Shown: positions 12,902 to 25,070, numbered from the whole stretch's first letter. The stretch is 63,946 bases of DNA, filler included, from Octopus bimaculoides (GCF_001194135.2; 7 parts of 6 records of this genome joined end to end with filler, not necessarily neighbours in it), one strand, 5' to 3'. The notes: generated from the sequence alone by a model not told the origin. Numbers and translations are program-made.

Positions 12902-13310
12902 ATGTATGTATGTATGTATGTATACATATACATAATATATGCATATATGAGTACAGGACGTCATAGAACGTAAATCTATCTAGAAGTCGCTGCTTAAAGA
13001 GAAAATGCTAGTTGCTCAGTCCTGTTTTATTGCGTTTACATTAACATTTCCTGCTTTGATAGTTACCATTTCGTTCGAATTCCTGGTGTTATATGTTATA
13101 CCAAATAAATTCGTGCATCTATATCAGTATAACTACCATTTCATGCCCAACTGATTATGTTTCTGTAACTTTCAAAAATTTCCATATTTTTAAATGAAAT
13201 TTTGTAGCGACACATTTTCAAGTACGATTATATTGATAACGTTTGATTTTTTTTTAAAGATCTTTCACATCATTCTTCCCCTAATTTCCGATGTCGTCCT
13301 TTCATGTTGT

Positions 13311-13570
13311 TGTTGGCACTCCGTCGCTTACGACGTTGAGGGTTCCAGTTGATCCGATCAACGGAACAGCCTGCTCTCGTGAAATTAACGTGCAAGTGGC
13401 TGAGCACTCCACAGACACGTGTACCCTTAACGTAGTTCTTGGGGAGATTCAGCGTGACACAGTGTGATAAGGCTGACCCTTTGAATTACAGGCACAACAA
13501 AAACAGGATGTAAGAGAAAGTTGTGGTGGAAGAGTACAGCAGGGTTCGCCACCATCCCCTGCCGGATCCT
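13311..13570 (-). mobile_element. OR1-like SINE, 3' two-thirds, cut by gap
   Basis: Near identical to 27865-28130; (CAA)n tail on the minus strand. Confidence 0.85.
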
Positions 13571-14529
13571 NNNNNNNNNNNNNNNNNNNNNNNNNNNNNN
13601 NNNNNNNNNNNNNNNNNNNNNNNNNNNNNNNNNNNNNNNNNNNNNNNNNNNNNNNNNNNNNNNNNNNNNNNNNNNNNNNNNNNNNNNNNNNNNNNNNNNN
13701 NNNNNNNNNNNNNNNNNNNNNNNNNNNNNNNNNNNNNNNNNNNNNNNNNNNNNNNNNNNNNNNNNNNNNNNNNNNNNNNNNNNNNNNNNNNNNNNNNNNN
13801 NNNNNNNNNNNNNNNNNNNNNNNNNNNNNNNNNNNNNNNNNNNNNNNNNNNNNNNNNNNNNNNNNNNNNNNNNNNNNNNNNNNNNNNNNNNNNNNNNNNN
13901 NNNNNNNNNNNNNNNNNNNNNNNNNNNNNNNNNNNNNNNNNNNNNNNNNNNNNNNNNNNNNNNNNNNNNNNNNNNNNNNNNNNNNNNNNNNNNNNNNNNN
14001 NNNNNNNNNNNNNNNNNNNNNNNNNNNNNNNNNNNNNNNNNNNNNNNNNNNNNNNNNNNNNNNNNNNNNNNNNNNNNNNNNNNNNNNNNNNNNNNNNNNN
14101 NNNNNNNNNNNNNNNNNNNNNNNNNNNNNNNNNNNNNNNNNNNNNNNNNNNNNNNNNNNNNNNNNNNNNNNNNNNNNNNNNNNNNNNNNNNNNNNNNNNN
14201 NNNNNNNNNNNNNNNNNNNNNNNNNNNNNNNNNNNNNNNNNNNNNNNNNNNNNNNNNNNNNNNNNNNNNNNNNNNNNNNNNNNNNNNNNNNNNNNNNNNN
14301 NNNNNNNNNNNNNNNNNNNNNNNNNNNNNNNNNNNNNNNNNNNNNNNNNNNNNNNNNNNNNNNNNNNNNNNNNNNNNNNNNNACATGAAAACACTTTTGT
14401 CAGCGAGAAAGTACGTGTTGACAAATTCAGCTCAGAAAACTACATTAATGTACCAAATTAAAAAATTTTCGTTGAACTTTAATTTTTGAAACCTTGGCAG
14501 CCAAACAGAAAAGATCCTACATACATACA

Positions 14530-14612
<83 letters not shown>

Positions 14613-14715
14613 GGGGGGAGTGCGAGAGATATATACATGCATATATATATATATATATGAGTATATATACATGTATATGCACGAGTATATATACATACAT
14701 ACACACACACACACA

Positions 14716-16225
14716 CTAGTAGAGATACCCGGCGTTGCCCATGTCATATGGAATTGAAGAATTAGACTTTTCCTTTATATTTTGTCTAATGAACTGGAAT
14801 ATCTATTATTCGAATTTCATCAAAATTGGAGATTAAGAATTTTAATGGAGGTTCTTTCCCTCTTTACACACCCTAACAAAAATTATAATCATGACATATT
14901 TATACCATACTACTCATCTCTATGCTCAGACACCAAAATCCAAATCTTATAAAACCTATTCAAATGTTTTTGCTCCTGAAAAATCGAGCACATGGAGCAC
15001 ATGGAGCACATAGAGCACATAGAGCACATGGAGCTCTAAAATGTGGGAGTTAAAGCCACTATTAGGGGGCGGGGTCTTAAAGTCAACGAGAGAAATTGAA
15101 TTGTTGGGAATCTTTTTTAACTTGTGTCTTATATCCATTGTTCAAATTTCTTTGAAATCGGAAATATATGAATGTTCACTTGGTTTGTAAAAGAAAGCAA
15201 AGCTACAGGAAACCAAAAGACAAATGATCACAATAACCAGTCAGCTACCCTACGCTGGTTGTTACCACTCCCCAATGTAGGATTTCTCACCATACAGGTG
15301 ACCGGCACAACTGTAAGATGCATTAGGAATTTATAGCAATTGGAAGGGCGTGACCCAACTCAAATAAACATTAAAAACTGTGTGACGTGAGGGCTAAGGA
15401 GAAATGAAAGTGTCACCTCTGGTGTTTACCAACGATCACTAAGCCGATAGGTAACTAAACAGAAGAAATTTGCAATCTATAAATCTCTTTGAATGACCAA
15501 TCATCATCTGGAAAGGCCTTGAAATCAATATTATCATCTGGGGACTATTTCTGATCCTGTGATAATAAAAAGACTCAAAGGGGGTCTGCAACCAAATAAC
15601 TTAACTCAAAATAACACTTGAAAAGTGAATCAGTGGAGGCAAAGATGTCTCTCCTTTACTTGACAATTCATGCACCACATTGCAGAAAACACAATCTAAG
15701 TATATCCCAAAATAAACTCTTGCACTGTTGTTCTATTGAATGACAAATAACGCTCCTCTTGTATGCTCGGGTGATTCTACAGCTTCCAAGACTACAACTG
15801 TATTCGTCTTGACTTAGGAAAAATGACTAAATTGCGGGGGTCTTACTATCTCCTAAGAATTTGACATTTTAGAAATATTACTTCCATTTGTATCTAATAT
15901 CTATGGTTAAAATTTCATCAACAGCAAAAGTACATGAATTTTCATGGGGGTTATGGCCTCATTTATGCCCCGTTTTCAAACATATACTGCATTACATCTG
16001 TACATCTGTACTTTTGACCTAGTTTTGGATCATAAAAAATGAATAAAAATTATGAGGTCTTAGAATCCTCATGGGAAGTGGAAATTTTGGGAATACTTCT
16101 TGATATGTGTCAATTACCAATGGTTGAGATTTCATCAACATAGGAAATTTATGAATTTTCATGGGGTTCGTGTCAACATTACAGACGGGACTGTTGTATA
16201 ATCAAAATACAAAATATAACATATG
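14716..16225 (-). mobile_element. Non-autonomous Helitron-like element (3' end clear, 5' end uncertain)
   Basis: Minus strand ends GGGCAACGCCGGGTATCTCTACTAG followed by T (GC hairpin plus CTAG). Internal 10-bp tandem (GAGCACATGG/AG) x5 at ~14986-15035 and repeated ~100-bp blocks near 15090, 15870 and 16085. Confidence 0.55.
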
Positions 16226-16242
16226 CAAAAACTTACATTTAC

Positions 16243-16530
16243 TGGCACTTCGTCGGCTACGACGACGAGTTGGCCTGATCAACAGAACAGCCTGCTCGTG
16301 AAATTAACGTGCAAGTGGCTGAGCACTTCATAGACAGGTGGACTCTTAACGTATTCCTCAGGAAGATTCAGCGTGTCACAGAAGGTGACAAGGCTGGTCC
16401 TTTGAATTACAAGTACAACTCATTTTTGCCAGCTGAGTGGATTGGAGCAACATGAAAGAAAGTGTCTTGCTCAAGGAATCGAACTCACGATGTTACAATC
16501 GTAGGCTGTATACCCAAATCACTAAACCAC
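16243..16530 (-). mobile_element. Decayed tRNA-derived SINE with an OR1-type tail and a CORE-like middle
   Basis: Tail matches 13311-13500; middle GCTGAGTGGATTGGAGCAAC...GTGTCTTGCTCAAG matches 62210-62260. Confidence 0.7.
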
Positions 16531-16840
16531 ACGCCTTACATATACATACATACATGTATGTATGTATGTATGTATGTATGTATGTATGTATGATGTGCTT
16601 AAACGCATGTATTTTTGGTCACCTGATTCCGGTTTTGCTTCCACTACTCGATACTGGAATTTGGCTGGGGGGGGGTACTAGGGCCCGTGAGATAGACGTG
16701 TACTCACACACACACGTACGTATACATACACACATATATATTTATATATATATCAGCGCGTGTGTATATAAATATGCGTATAAATATATATTTATGAATA
16801 TATTTGTACGTGTGTGTAAATATGTGTATGTATGCGTGTG

Positions 16841-16892
<52 letters not shown>

Positions 16893-16894
16893 CT

Positions 16895-17070
16895 TTTACC
16901 TTTGGCCTGCTTCAGTCATTAGACTGCGGTCATGCTGGGGCGCCGCTTAGAATTTTTAGTCGAATGAATCAATCCCAGTACTTTATTTTTAAATCCTGGT
17001 ACTTATTCTATCGGTAAATTTTGTTACAGGGACGTAAACACACCAATACCAGTTGTCAAGTGGTGATGGA
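16895..17070 (-). mobile_element. CORE-like (OR2-like) SINE 3' part
   Basis: TTCAGTCATTAGACTGCGG...GGACGTAAACACACCAATACCAGTTGTCAAG. Confidence 0.65.
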
Positions 17071-17087
17071 CACACACACACACACAT

Positions 17088-17416
17088 CTATATATAAAAA
17101 ACAAAGGATGTCTCTGTGTGCAGTACGTAAGCATTTTTGCAGCTTCTAACTGATTTTCACCAAACTTTACAAACACATTACTTATATGCCAAGGATGGTC
17201 ATGCACTATAACATTTTGCCCAGAGTTCCCGCGTAAAGCGAGAAACTGAGGAAAACGGTGTTTTACACGGGTTTTTCTCTAAAAACTTCTCCAGTTTTCA
17301 ACCAATTCTCTGTCTTTATTTCTCTTCTCCCTCCTTTTCTCATTCTCAGTTTCTCTTGCTTACACATATTCTTCCTCACCCCTTGTAATAGTTCCTCTCT
17401 TTTAGTTTATGTCTGT

Positions 17417-17454
<38 letters not shown>

Positions 17455-17800
17455 CTCTCTCTCTCTCTAACTCACTCACACGCTTACTAACTTCTGTTTG
17501 CAAATTGAGTTCCTTGTATTTCAATTAATCGTGCGTAAAAATCTGTTTTTACGGTTTTTGTATGTTCTCCCCGAAAAATAATTTAGTTATTTTTAATTTT
17601 TTGTCACCTAATGTGTTTAAATTCCATTTTGCCACATCTGCCTGAAAACTGACTTCAATGTATTTCAATTTTGTCGTGCGTAAACATCTTTGTCTTTAAG
17701 GTATTTGTACGATCTCCCTACAACATTACTCTATCTATTCAAATACACTATTTACATTTCTCAGTCTATCGAAAAACGTTGTGCGTGCAGTCGTGCATGC
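17088..17800 (+). mobile_element. Helitron-like element 5' part (TC start), 3' end uncertain
   Basis: A then TCTATATATAAAAA...TGTCTCTGTGTG start; internal duplication 17515-17580 vs 17655-17725. Confidence 0.4.
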
Positions 17801-18029
17801 GTACGTATGACTGCTATGGGCTACATACAGCGATTGGCCTTTATTATTAACCAATGAGATTTCAACCAAGCCACTGAGCGGTCATGTGTTAGAAAAAGCT
17901 AGCCTAAAGCAGCTCAAGCTTTTTCACTCAAGCTATTTTCTTCTAAAGCTTTGTTTGCTCAAACGGGGTTTGCAATTTCTGTCTACAAATTGACTTTCTT
18001 GTCTATATATATGTAGTGAAACTAACACC

Positions 18030-18100
18030 TCGATCGCCATTACATACGAAACTACCTATCGCCATTAGATACAAAACTACTATCGCCATTACATACAATC
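18030..18100. repeat. ~23-bp tandem repeat x3
   Basis: TATCGCCATTA(C/G)ATAC(G/A)AAACTAC repeated. Confidence 0.8.
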
Positions 18101-18189
18101 TTCTCATTTAAATATAAACAAGCGCGGGCGTAGCGGAAAACACATTCCTTGTCATCACGTGACTGATTATTATTCGAAGCGGCAACTTC

Positions 18190-19560
18190 TTCGAACCGTT
18201 CCCGCCAGAACGCAAACTGACCAATCACGGCCCCTAATAAGGTCACGTGATAGAGTATTTTTTCTGTTGTCTGGTGAGCCTTCCATCAATTATAAAATGC
18301 TTTAATTCGGCGGCCAAATTCGTCTCGGTTCAGTTTCTCTATAGAGACTGTTCCGTGTACCACACAGCAGCAGCAGCAGCAGTTCCAGCTACGACTCCAT
18401 CAACAGCTTCGTCCAACGATGACCACCAACGCCGTCGCCACATCAGCAACACGATTCTACGATTACTACTAGCCATCATCAATCTCCACCAGCGTCGACA
18501 CGACTTTCTATGTACACCAAACTAAACCACCGCGGCACATCTCTCTCTTCGATTCTGTTAGGTGATTCAGCTTCACCACGATAAATAAACAGACAAGAGA
18601 TTTCAGCCAGCGACGAACATCTGTATAACAAAGAATCTGCCCTGGCATCGAAGCCAAAACACAACTAGTGATCGCACTGCCACACATACGCCTCAACTTC
18701 TTTCACATACAGACTCATCCTAATGTGTACTCAAGAACTGGTATAAATGCTCACGTGTTACTAACTTTTTCTATCTGCTGTAATATCTCACATACACATA
18801 CATGTATCACTCANNNNNNNNNNNNNNNNNNNNNNNNNNNNNNNNNNNNNNNNNNNNNNNNNNNNNNNNNNNNNNNNNNNNNNNNNNNNNNNNNNNNNNN
18901 NNNNNNNNNNNNNNNNNNNNNNNNNNNNNNNNNNNNNNNNNNNNNNNNNNNNNNNNNNNNNNNNNNNNNNNNNNNNNNNNNNNNNNNNNNNNNNNNNNNN
19001 NNNNNNNNNNNNNNNNNNNNNNNNNNNNNNNNNNNNNNNNNNNNNNNNNNNNNNNNNNNNNNNNNNNNNNNNNNNNNNNNNNNNNNNNNNNNNNNNNNNN
19101 NNNNNNNNNNNNNNNNNNNNNNNNNNNNNNNNNNNNNNNNNNNNNNNNNNNNNNNNNNNNNNNNNNNNNNNNNNNNNNNNNNNNNNNNNNNNNNNNNNNN
19201 NNNNNNNNNNNNNTTCGAATCGTTCCCGCCAGAACGCAAACTGACCAATCACAGCCCTTAATAAGGTCACGTGATAGTGTTTTTCTACTACCGTCTTGGA
19301 GCCCCCTGAATGCTTTAAATAGAGCAACTCATACCCAGCAAATTGGTCTCGGTTCAGTTTCTCTTTGAGATCTGTTCCGTGTACCACACGACGGCAGCCA
19401 GCGACACATCAACAGCTTCGTCCAACGATGACCACCAACTACGCCGCCACATCAGCAACACGAGTCTACGACTACTAACCAGCATCATCGTCATGACCAA
19501 TACGATTCTACGATTACTACTAACCAGCATCAATCTCCACCAGCATCTACACGACTTTCT
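18190..19560 (+). repeat. Direct duplication of a CpG-rich ~330-bp unit (18190-18520 and 19214-19560)
   Basis: Near-identical TTCGAA(C/T)CGTTCCCGCCAGAACGCAAACTGACCAATCAC...GGTCACGTGATAG and CATCAACAGCTTCGTCCAACGATGACCACCAAC in both units. Confidence 0.85.
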
Positions 19561-19597
19561 ACAGCTGGATGCCCTTCCTAACGCCAACCACTCAATA

Positions 19598-19885
19598 TGA
19601 CGGGCTTCTTTCAGTTTCTATCTACCAAATCCACTCAGAAGGCTTTAGCCGGCCCGAGGCAAAAGTAGAAGGCACTTTGCTCAAGATGCCGCACAGTGGG
19701 ACTGAGCCCGGAACCATGAGGTAGGGAAGCAAGCTTCTTACCACACAGCCACTCCTGCTCTTGAAGAGACCGATAGAATAAGTACTAGGCTTACAAAGAA
19801 TAAGTCCTTGGATTGATTTCTTCGACTTAAAAGTGTTGTTCCAGCTTGGTCGCAGTCAATTTACTGAAACATGTAAAAGATAAAT
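19598..19885. mobile_element. CORE-like SINE head (minus, 19598-19760) abutting a SINE tail (plus, 19762-19885)
   Basis: Head matches 9621-9783; tail GAGACCGATAGAATAAGTACTAGGCTTACAAAGAATAAGTCC is the reverse complement of 42030-42080. Confidence 0.7.
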
Positions 19886-20468
19886 AAATAAATATATATA
19901 TATATATATATATATANNNNNNNNNNNNNNNNNNNNNNNNNNNNNNNNNNNNNNNNNNNNNNNNNNNNNNNNNNNNNNNNNNNNNNNNNNNNNNNNNNNN
20001 NNNNNNNNNNNNNNNNNNNNNNNNNNNNNNNNNNNNNNNNNNNNNNNNNNNNNNNNNNNNNNNNNNNNNNNNNNNNNNNNNNNNNNNNNNNNNNNNNNNN
20101 NNNNNNNNNNNNNNNNNNNNNNNNNNNNNNNNNNNNNNNNNNNNNNNNNNNNNNNNNNNNNNNNNNNNNNNNNNNNNNNNNNNNNNNNNNNNNNNNNNNN
20201 NNNNNNNNNNNNNNNNNNNNNNNNNNNNNNNNNNNNNNNNNNNNNNNNNNNNNNNNNNNNNNNNNNNNNNNNNNNNNNNNNNNNNNNNNNNNNNNNNNNN
20301 NNNNNNNNNNNNNNNNNNNNNNNNNNNNNNNNNNNNNNNNNNNNNNNNNNNNNNNNNNNNNNNNNNNNNNNNNNNNNNNNNNNNNNNNNNNNNNNNNNNN
20401 NNNNNNNNNNNNNNNNNNNNNNNNNNNNNNNNNNNNNNNNNNNNNNNNNNNNNNNNNNNNNNNNNNNN

Positions 20469-20542
<74 letters not shown>

Positions 20543-20571
20543 ACATGAATAAAATAAAGGCGGGATCTGCT

Positions 20572-20879
20572 TTAAGCACGCCATATAACCCCTTATAAAT
20601 GTTTTTATTTTGGGGATTTTTTATAAACCTTTCGCAAATTTGTGTTCTCCAATCGGAAATTCAAACAACTATGCAAAAATCAAAAGAGAAAACTTTTGTG
20701 TGAGTTAAGGGGTATTTAGCTGTTATTTTTTAGCACATCTGACGACCACCTCATACTGCCCTCGTTTAGTCGTATTCATAGCCGTTTGAATTCCCGTGTA
20801 TAGAACACAAATTCACAAAGATTTTCCGAAAATTCCAAAAGATAAAAAAAAGTTATGAGGGATTATACGGTGTGCTTAA
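20572..20879. mobile_element. MITE with ~105-bp terminal inverted repeats bounded by TTAA
   Basis: TTAAGCACGCCATATAACCCCTTATAA...GAAATTCAAACAACTATG pairs with CATAGCCGTTTGAATTCC...TTATGAGGGATTATACGGTGTGCTTAA. Confidence 0.75.
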
Positions 20880-20929
20880 ACCAGAATAAAGCTAAAAATA
20901 AATACTAATAGGCATATCTACACATTTGT

Positions 20930-21310
20930 GCCCCTCAAATTTGATAACTGATAATTTTCTGAAATGTAGATAATTTTTAATGAAATTTTATAGATAACAT
21001 TTCGAGGGTATAGATACTATTTGATAACATCGTTTTCATTCTCTAACAATTTTGTTTCCCTATAACTTTCTGAAAATAATATTTTTAAATGACATTTTAC
21101 CGAAGTACATTTTCGAGGGCCTAGGTTGCAATTACGTTGATAAACTTTATTTTTCTGAGTTTCAAATCATTCTCACCCTCTACTGATTTTGTTTCTTCAT
21201 AAACCGTTTCAAAATAGATATTTTTAAATGTCGTGTTTACAGAAAAAACATTTTCGAAAGTGTAAATAACGCACTCTCAAAACCCATCTTTCTAAAGTTT
21301 CATAAAAAAC
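20930..21310. repeat. Degenerate ~120-bp tandem subrepeats x3 (related block at 13165-13230)
   Basis: Recurring AACTTTCTGAAAATAATATTTTTAAATG...ACATTTTCGAG. Confidence 0.55.
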
Positions 21311-21602
21311 TATGCACTTTCCGAAAGTTATGAGCAAACAAAGACGATGGACTGCACTAATCTTTAGATGTCCCCTACTGATCAAGGCAGGCTTGAGTAG
21401 ACGAGTCTATAGTATGATAATTAGCTATAACAAGACTCAAATATACTCATAATTGTCTTCTTTTGTTTGCAACAGCCATCAGAATTTCCGTCATGATTGT
21501 AATTAATTGTTAATTTCTTGAAATTATCTTCCCCTTTCTTTGCGAGTTGTTTACTCGCAGCTAGATTTTTGTTTGCTCGCGTCAATTCGGTATTGAGAAG
21601 TA

Positions 21603-21910
21603 GGGCGGCGAACTAGTAGAGTTGTTAACATGCCGGACACCATGTTTAGCGACATTTCTTCCGGTTGTATACGTTCAGAGTTCAAATGCTACCGAGGTCG
21701 ACTTTGCCTTGCATTGTTTCGAGGTCGATAAAATGAGTACCAGATGAATAGTGGGGTCGATTGTGCTTTTGCCAAAATTTGAATATTGCTGAGATCGCAC
21801 TTGCGTTTCATCTTTTCGGGTTCGATAAAATAAATACCAATTAGGGATTAGGGTCGATGTACTCGACCTGCCTCCTCCCCTCAAAATTGCTGGCCGCGTG
21901 CAAATTAGAA
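21603..21910 (+). mobile_element. Two adjacent decayed Meta-domain-like SINEs
   Basis: GAGTTCAAATGCTACCGAGGTCGACTTTGCC...GTCGATAAAATGAGTACCAG, then TTTCATCTTTTCGGGTTCGATAAAATAAATACC. Confidence 0.7.
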
Positions 21911-22857
21911 AGAATGAAAAGAATATTAATTGAAAAGTAGAACCGAAATTCATTTCATTTCATTGGTGCATTCGAGTTTCTTTCCCTTGACTTATTTTCA
22001 AAAATTTTATACATCCACAATCACTACGAAATGGAGAACAGAATTGAGGANNNNNNNNNNNNNNNNNNNNNNNNNNNNNNNNNNNNNNNNNNNNNNNNNN
22101 NNNNNNNNNNNNNNNNNNNNNNNNNNNNNNNNNNNNNNNNNNNNNNNNNNNNNNNNNNNNNNNNNNNNNNNNNNNNNNNNNNNNNNNNNNNNNNNNNNNN
22201 NNNNNNNNNNNNNNNNNNNNNNNNNNNNNNNNNNNNNNNNNNNNNNNNNNNNNNNNNNNNNNNNNNNNNNNNNNNNNNNNNNNNNNNNNNNNNNNNNNNN
22301 NNNNNNNNNNNNNNNNNNNNNNNNNNNNNNNNNNNNNNNNNNNNNNNNNNNNNNNNNNNNNNNNNNNNNNNNNNNNNNNNNNNNNNNNNNNNNNNNNNNN
22401 NNNNNNNNNNNNNNNNNNNNNNNNNNNNNNNNNNNNNNNNNNNNNNNNNNNNNNNNNNNNNNNNNNNNNNNNNNNNNNNNNNNNNNNNNNNNNNNNNNNN
22501 NNNNNNNNNNNNNNNNNNNNNNNNNNNNNNNNNNNNNNNNNNNNNNNNNNNNNNNNNNNNNNNNNNNNNNNNNNNNNNNNNNNNNNNNNNNNNNNNNNNN
22601 NNNNNNNNNNNNNNNNNNNNNNNNNNNNNNNNNNNNNNNNNNNNNNNNNNNNNNNNNNNNNNNNNNNNNNNNNNNNNNNNNNNNNNNNNNNNNNNNNNNN
22701 NNNNNNNNNNNNNNNNNNNNNNNNNNNNNNNNNNNNNNNNNNNNNNNNNNNNNNNNNNNNNNNNNNNNNNNNNNNNNNNNNNNNNNNNNNNNNNNNNNNN
22801 NNNNNNNNNNNNNNNNNNNNNNNNNNNNNNNNNNNNNNNNNNNNNNNNNNNNNNNNC

Positions 22858-22906
22858 CCTAACTCAAACCTTAACCCTAACCCTGACCGTAACCCTAACC
22901 CTAACA
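22858..22906. repeat. Degenerate (TAACCC)n telomere-like repeat, cut by gap
   Basis: About eight variant hexamers: CCCTAACTCAAACCTTAACCCTAACCCTGACCGTAACCCTAACCCTAAC. Confidence 0.7.
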
Positions 22907-23159
22907 CTAGTTTTGTGAGATTTGACTGTTATTTCTAGCATGTAAATAGCCTGCTTGGTGGGGGGGGGGGACATTTTTCAAACAATTTTTTTTCAGAATC
23001 GGAATCTCCATAGCCTAAAACGTGGGATTCCGTAAAAAAATTAATAAATAAGGGGGAGAAAGGTTCAGATTACATATAGTCCATCTCCGCCCTAGAAAGT
23101 TTTGATGGCAAACATAATAACAAATATAAAAGGAATTGGAAAATGAATCCATTACTTGT

Positions 23160-23510
23160 AGAAGACTAAAAGAAGTAAAATGAGGACGAAGAGAAGAAGA
23201 AAAAAGAGGAAGAGGAGATGAATGAAGAGCAGAAGAAGAATTGAGTAGAAAAAAAGACGAATGGCGAAGAGGAGGAGGAGGAGGAAAAGAGGAGAAGAAG
23301 AAAAGGAGAAAACTGTGGAGTAAGAAAAGGGAAGACGGAGAACGTGAAGGCTGAAGAGGAGGAGAAAAAAGAGGAGTATGAGAAGGGAAGAAGAGAACGA
23401 GAAGGATGAAGAAGAGGAGAAGAGAAAAGGATGAAAGAGGAGGAGGAGGAGGAGGAGTAGTAGAAGACGTGTAAACAAATAAAGAAAAAAAATAAACGAA
23501 AAGAAATGAA
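23160..23510. repeat. (GAA/GAG)-rich low-complexity polypurine tract
   Basis: Composition. Confidence 0.85.
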
Positions 23511-24559
23511 ATAATGTAAAAGTACTTTCTGCGCTTGTTGTTCCAGTGTTGGTTAAAAAAAGTTCTTCGTTGGAATAAGATATGGAGGAATCACATAGGG
23601 AACCCGTTCCTTTGGTTAATCAGCCGCTGCTTTTTTTTTGTGGAATGGTATTTGGTTTTAGCATATGTAAAGGGTGTTCTTTTTGTTAACTGCTAGATGA
23701 GTTTTCCCACGAAATGTAATCGCTCTCTTTTTGTTTTTTTTTGTTTTTGTGGGTTAAAGACAGTGGATTATACTTTGAGGGGGATTTGTTTCCTATTTTA
23801 TAAATAGAAACGCACTTCGGGCGACTACGTAAAAATAAAAAAGAACGACCCTCGGTAATTCGCACGAGGAAGCGATAAAAATCTTTGCCCTTTTTTTGCA
23901 AAATCGGCATTCTCCTACATGGAGTCCCCTTAACACGTTTTAAGAACAAATAACATAAAGAGAGAGAGAGAGATAGACACTAGTAGTTAATAGTAGTAGT
24001 AGTAGTCGTTGTTGTTGTAGTAGTGACTGCGGTGGAAGTGGAATTTGCGGTAAGGGGAAATTAGAAATTGCACGATGTTAAAAGATGCTGACATCGCCGT
24101 TGCGTTGAACGATGATGGATTTATTAATTTATCTACTAATTTATTTTTAACGTGGTCGTTCGATTTCCTAAAGATGAAAGTGAAATCATTCTCGGGCCTT
24201 TATCGATCGTTTGAAAAAATGCAAGAAAAGCTGATTGCATTATGAAGGCGATGAAGTTGATCAGTCAACGGGGAAGTTTAGTTTAGTTTAGTTTCATTTT
24301 TTTTGTCTACGTGGTCGTTCAACCTGCTAAATATAACAACAATATCATCCTCAAATCATCTTCGACCCTACGTCGGACGTCTTAAATAAAACACAAAAAG
24401 GAAGGACTCACTATATTATGTTATCATAGATATACTTTACCTTGATGAAAAAAACAAAAAAGAATTGGTCGCGGCTGTCAAGTTTTTGATCGTCGGTCAA
24501 CATGAGCAGGAGAACTGACAAAGGACTAAACAACACCAGCCGAAACGATGTTGGTGCTA

Positions 24560-24830
24560 CTACAAATGATGAGGTGGAGGATAAGGAAGAGGAGGAAGAG
24601 GAGGATGGTGGTGTTGATACTATACTGGTGATGGTGATGATGTTGAGGAGGAAGAAGAGGAGAAAGGTGAAGGTGGTGGTAGCGAAGTTACGATGATGAA
24701 AATTGGTGACAATGATGCTGGTGGTGGTATTGGTGTTGGTGGTGTTGGTGATGATGATGATGATGATGATACATTGTTGGTTATTATGATGATAGTGGTG
24801 GTGGTGCTTGTGGCGGCGGTGGCGGCGTTA
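24560..24830. repeat. (GAT/GGT/GAG)n degenerate triplet tract
   Basis: Composition. Confidence 0.8.
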
Positions 24831-24844
24831 ATTGTTCTAACGTC

Positions 24845-25070
24845 AGCACAAGGCCACAGAACTTTGTGTTGTAATGGAGAGAAAGTGACTTGTTGCCTCA
24901 ATGGAATGAAATGTTACGTCACTTCTTCGACTAGAACTTAATTCATTCGTCCACAAAGCGTTACTGTGGAGATGGGGAGGTAATATAGATTGCCGGCGGG
25001 ATTTGAACTCAAAACACACAGAATGTAATCGAATACTATAATGTAATTTTGTTCCGCGCTATATCATAGA
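24845..25070 (-). mobile_element. Highly decayed Meta-domain-like SINE
   Basis: GCACAAGGCC, GACTAGAACTTAATTCATTCGTCC and GGCGGGATTTGAACTCAAAAC match the reverse-complemented family blocks in order. Confidence 0.5.

Noticed and set aside
24693-24941. ORF resembling a signal peptide plus Cys-rich toxin-like peptide (…SAQGHRTLCCNGEKVTCCLNGMKC)
   Set aside because: The hydrophobic part is a (GTG/GCG)n tract and the Cys part lies in a decayed antisense SINE.
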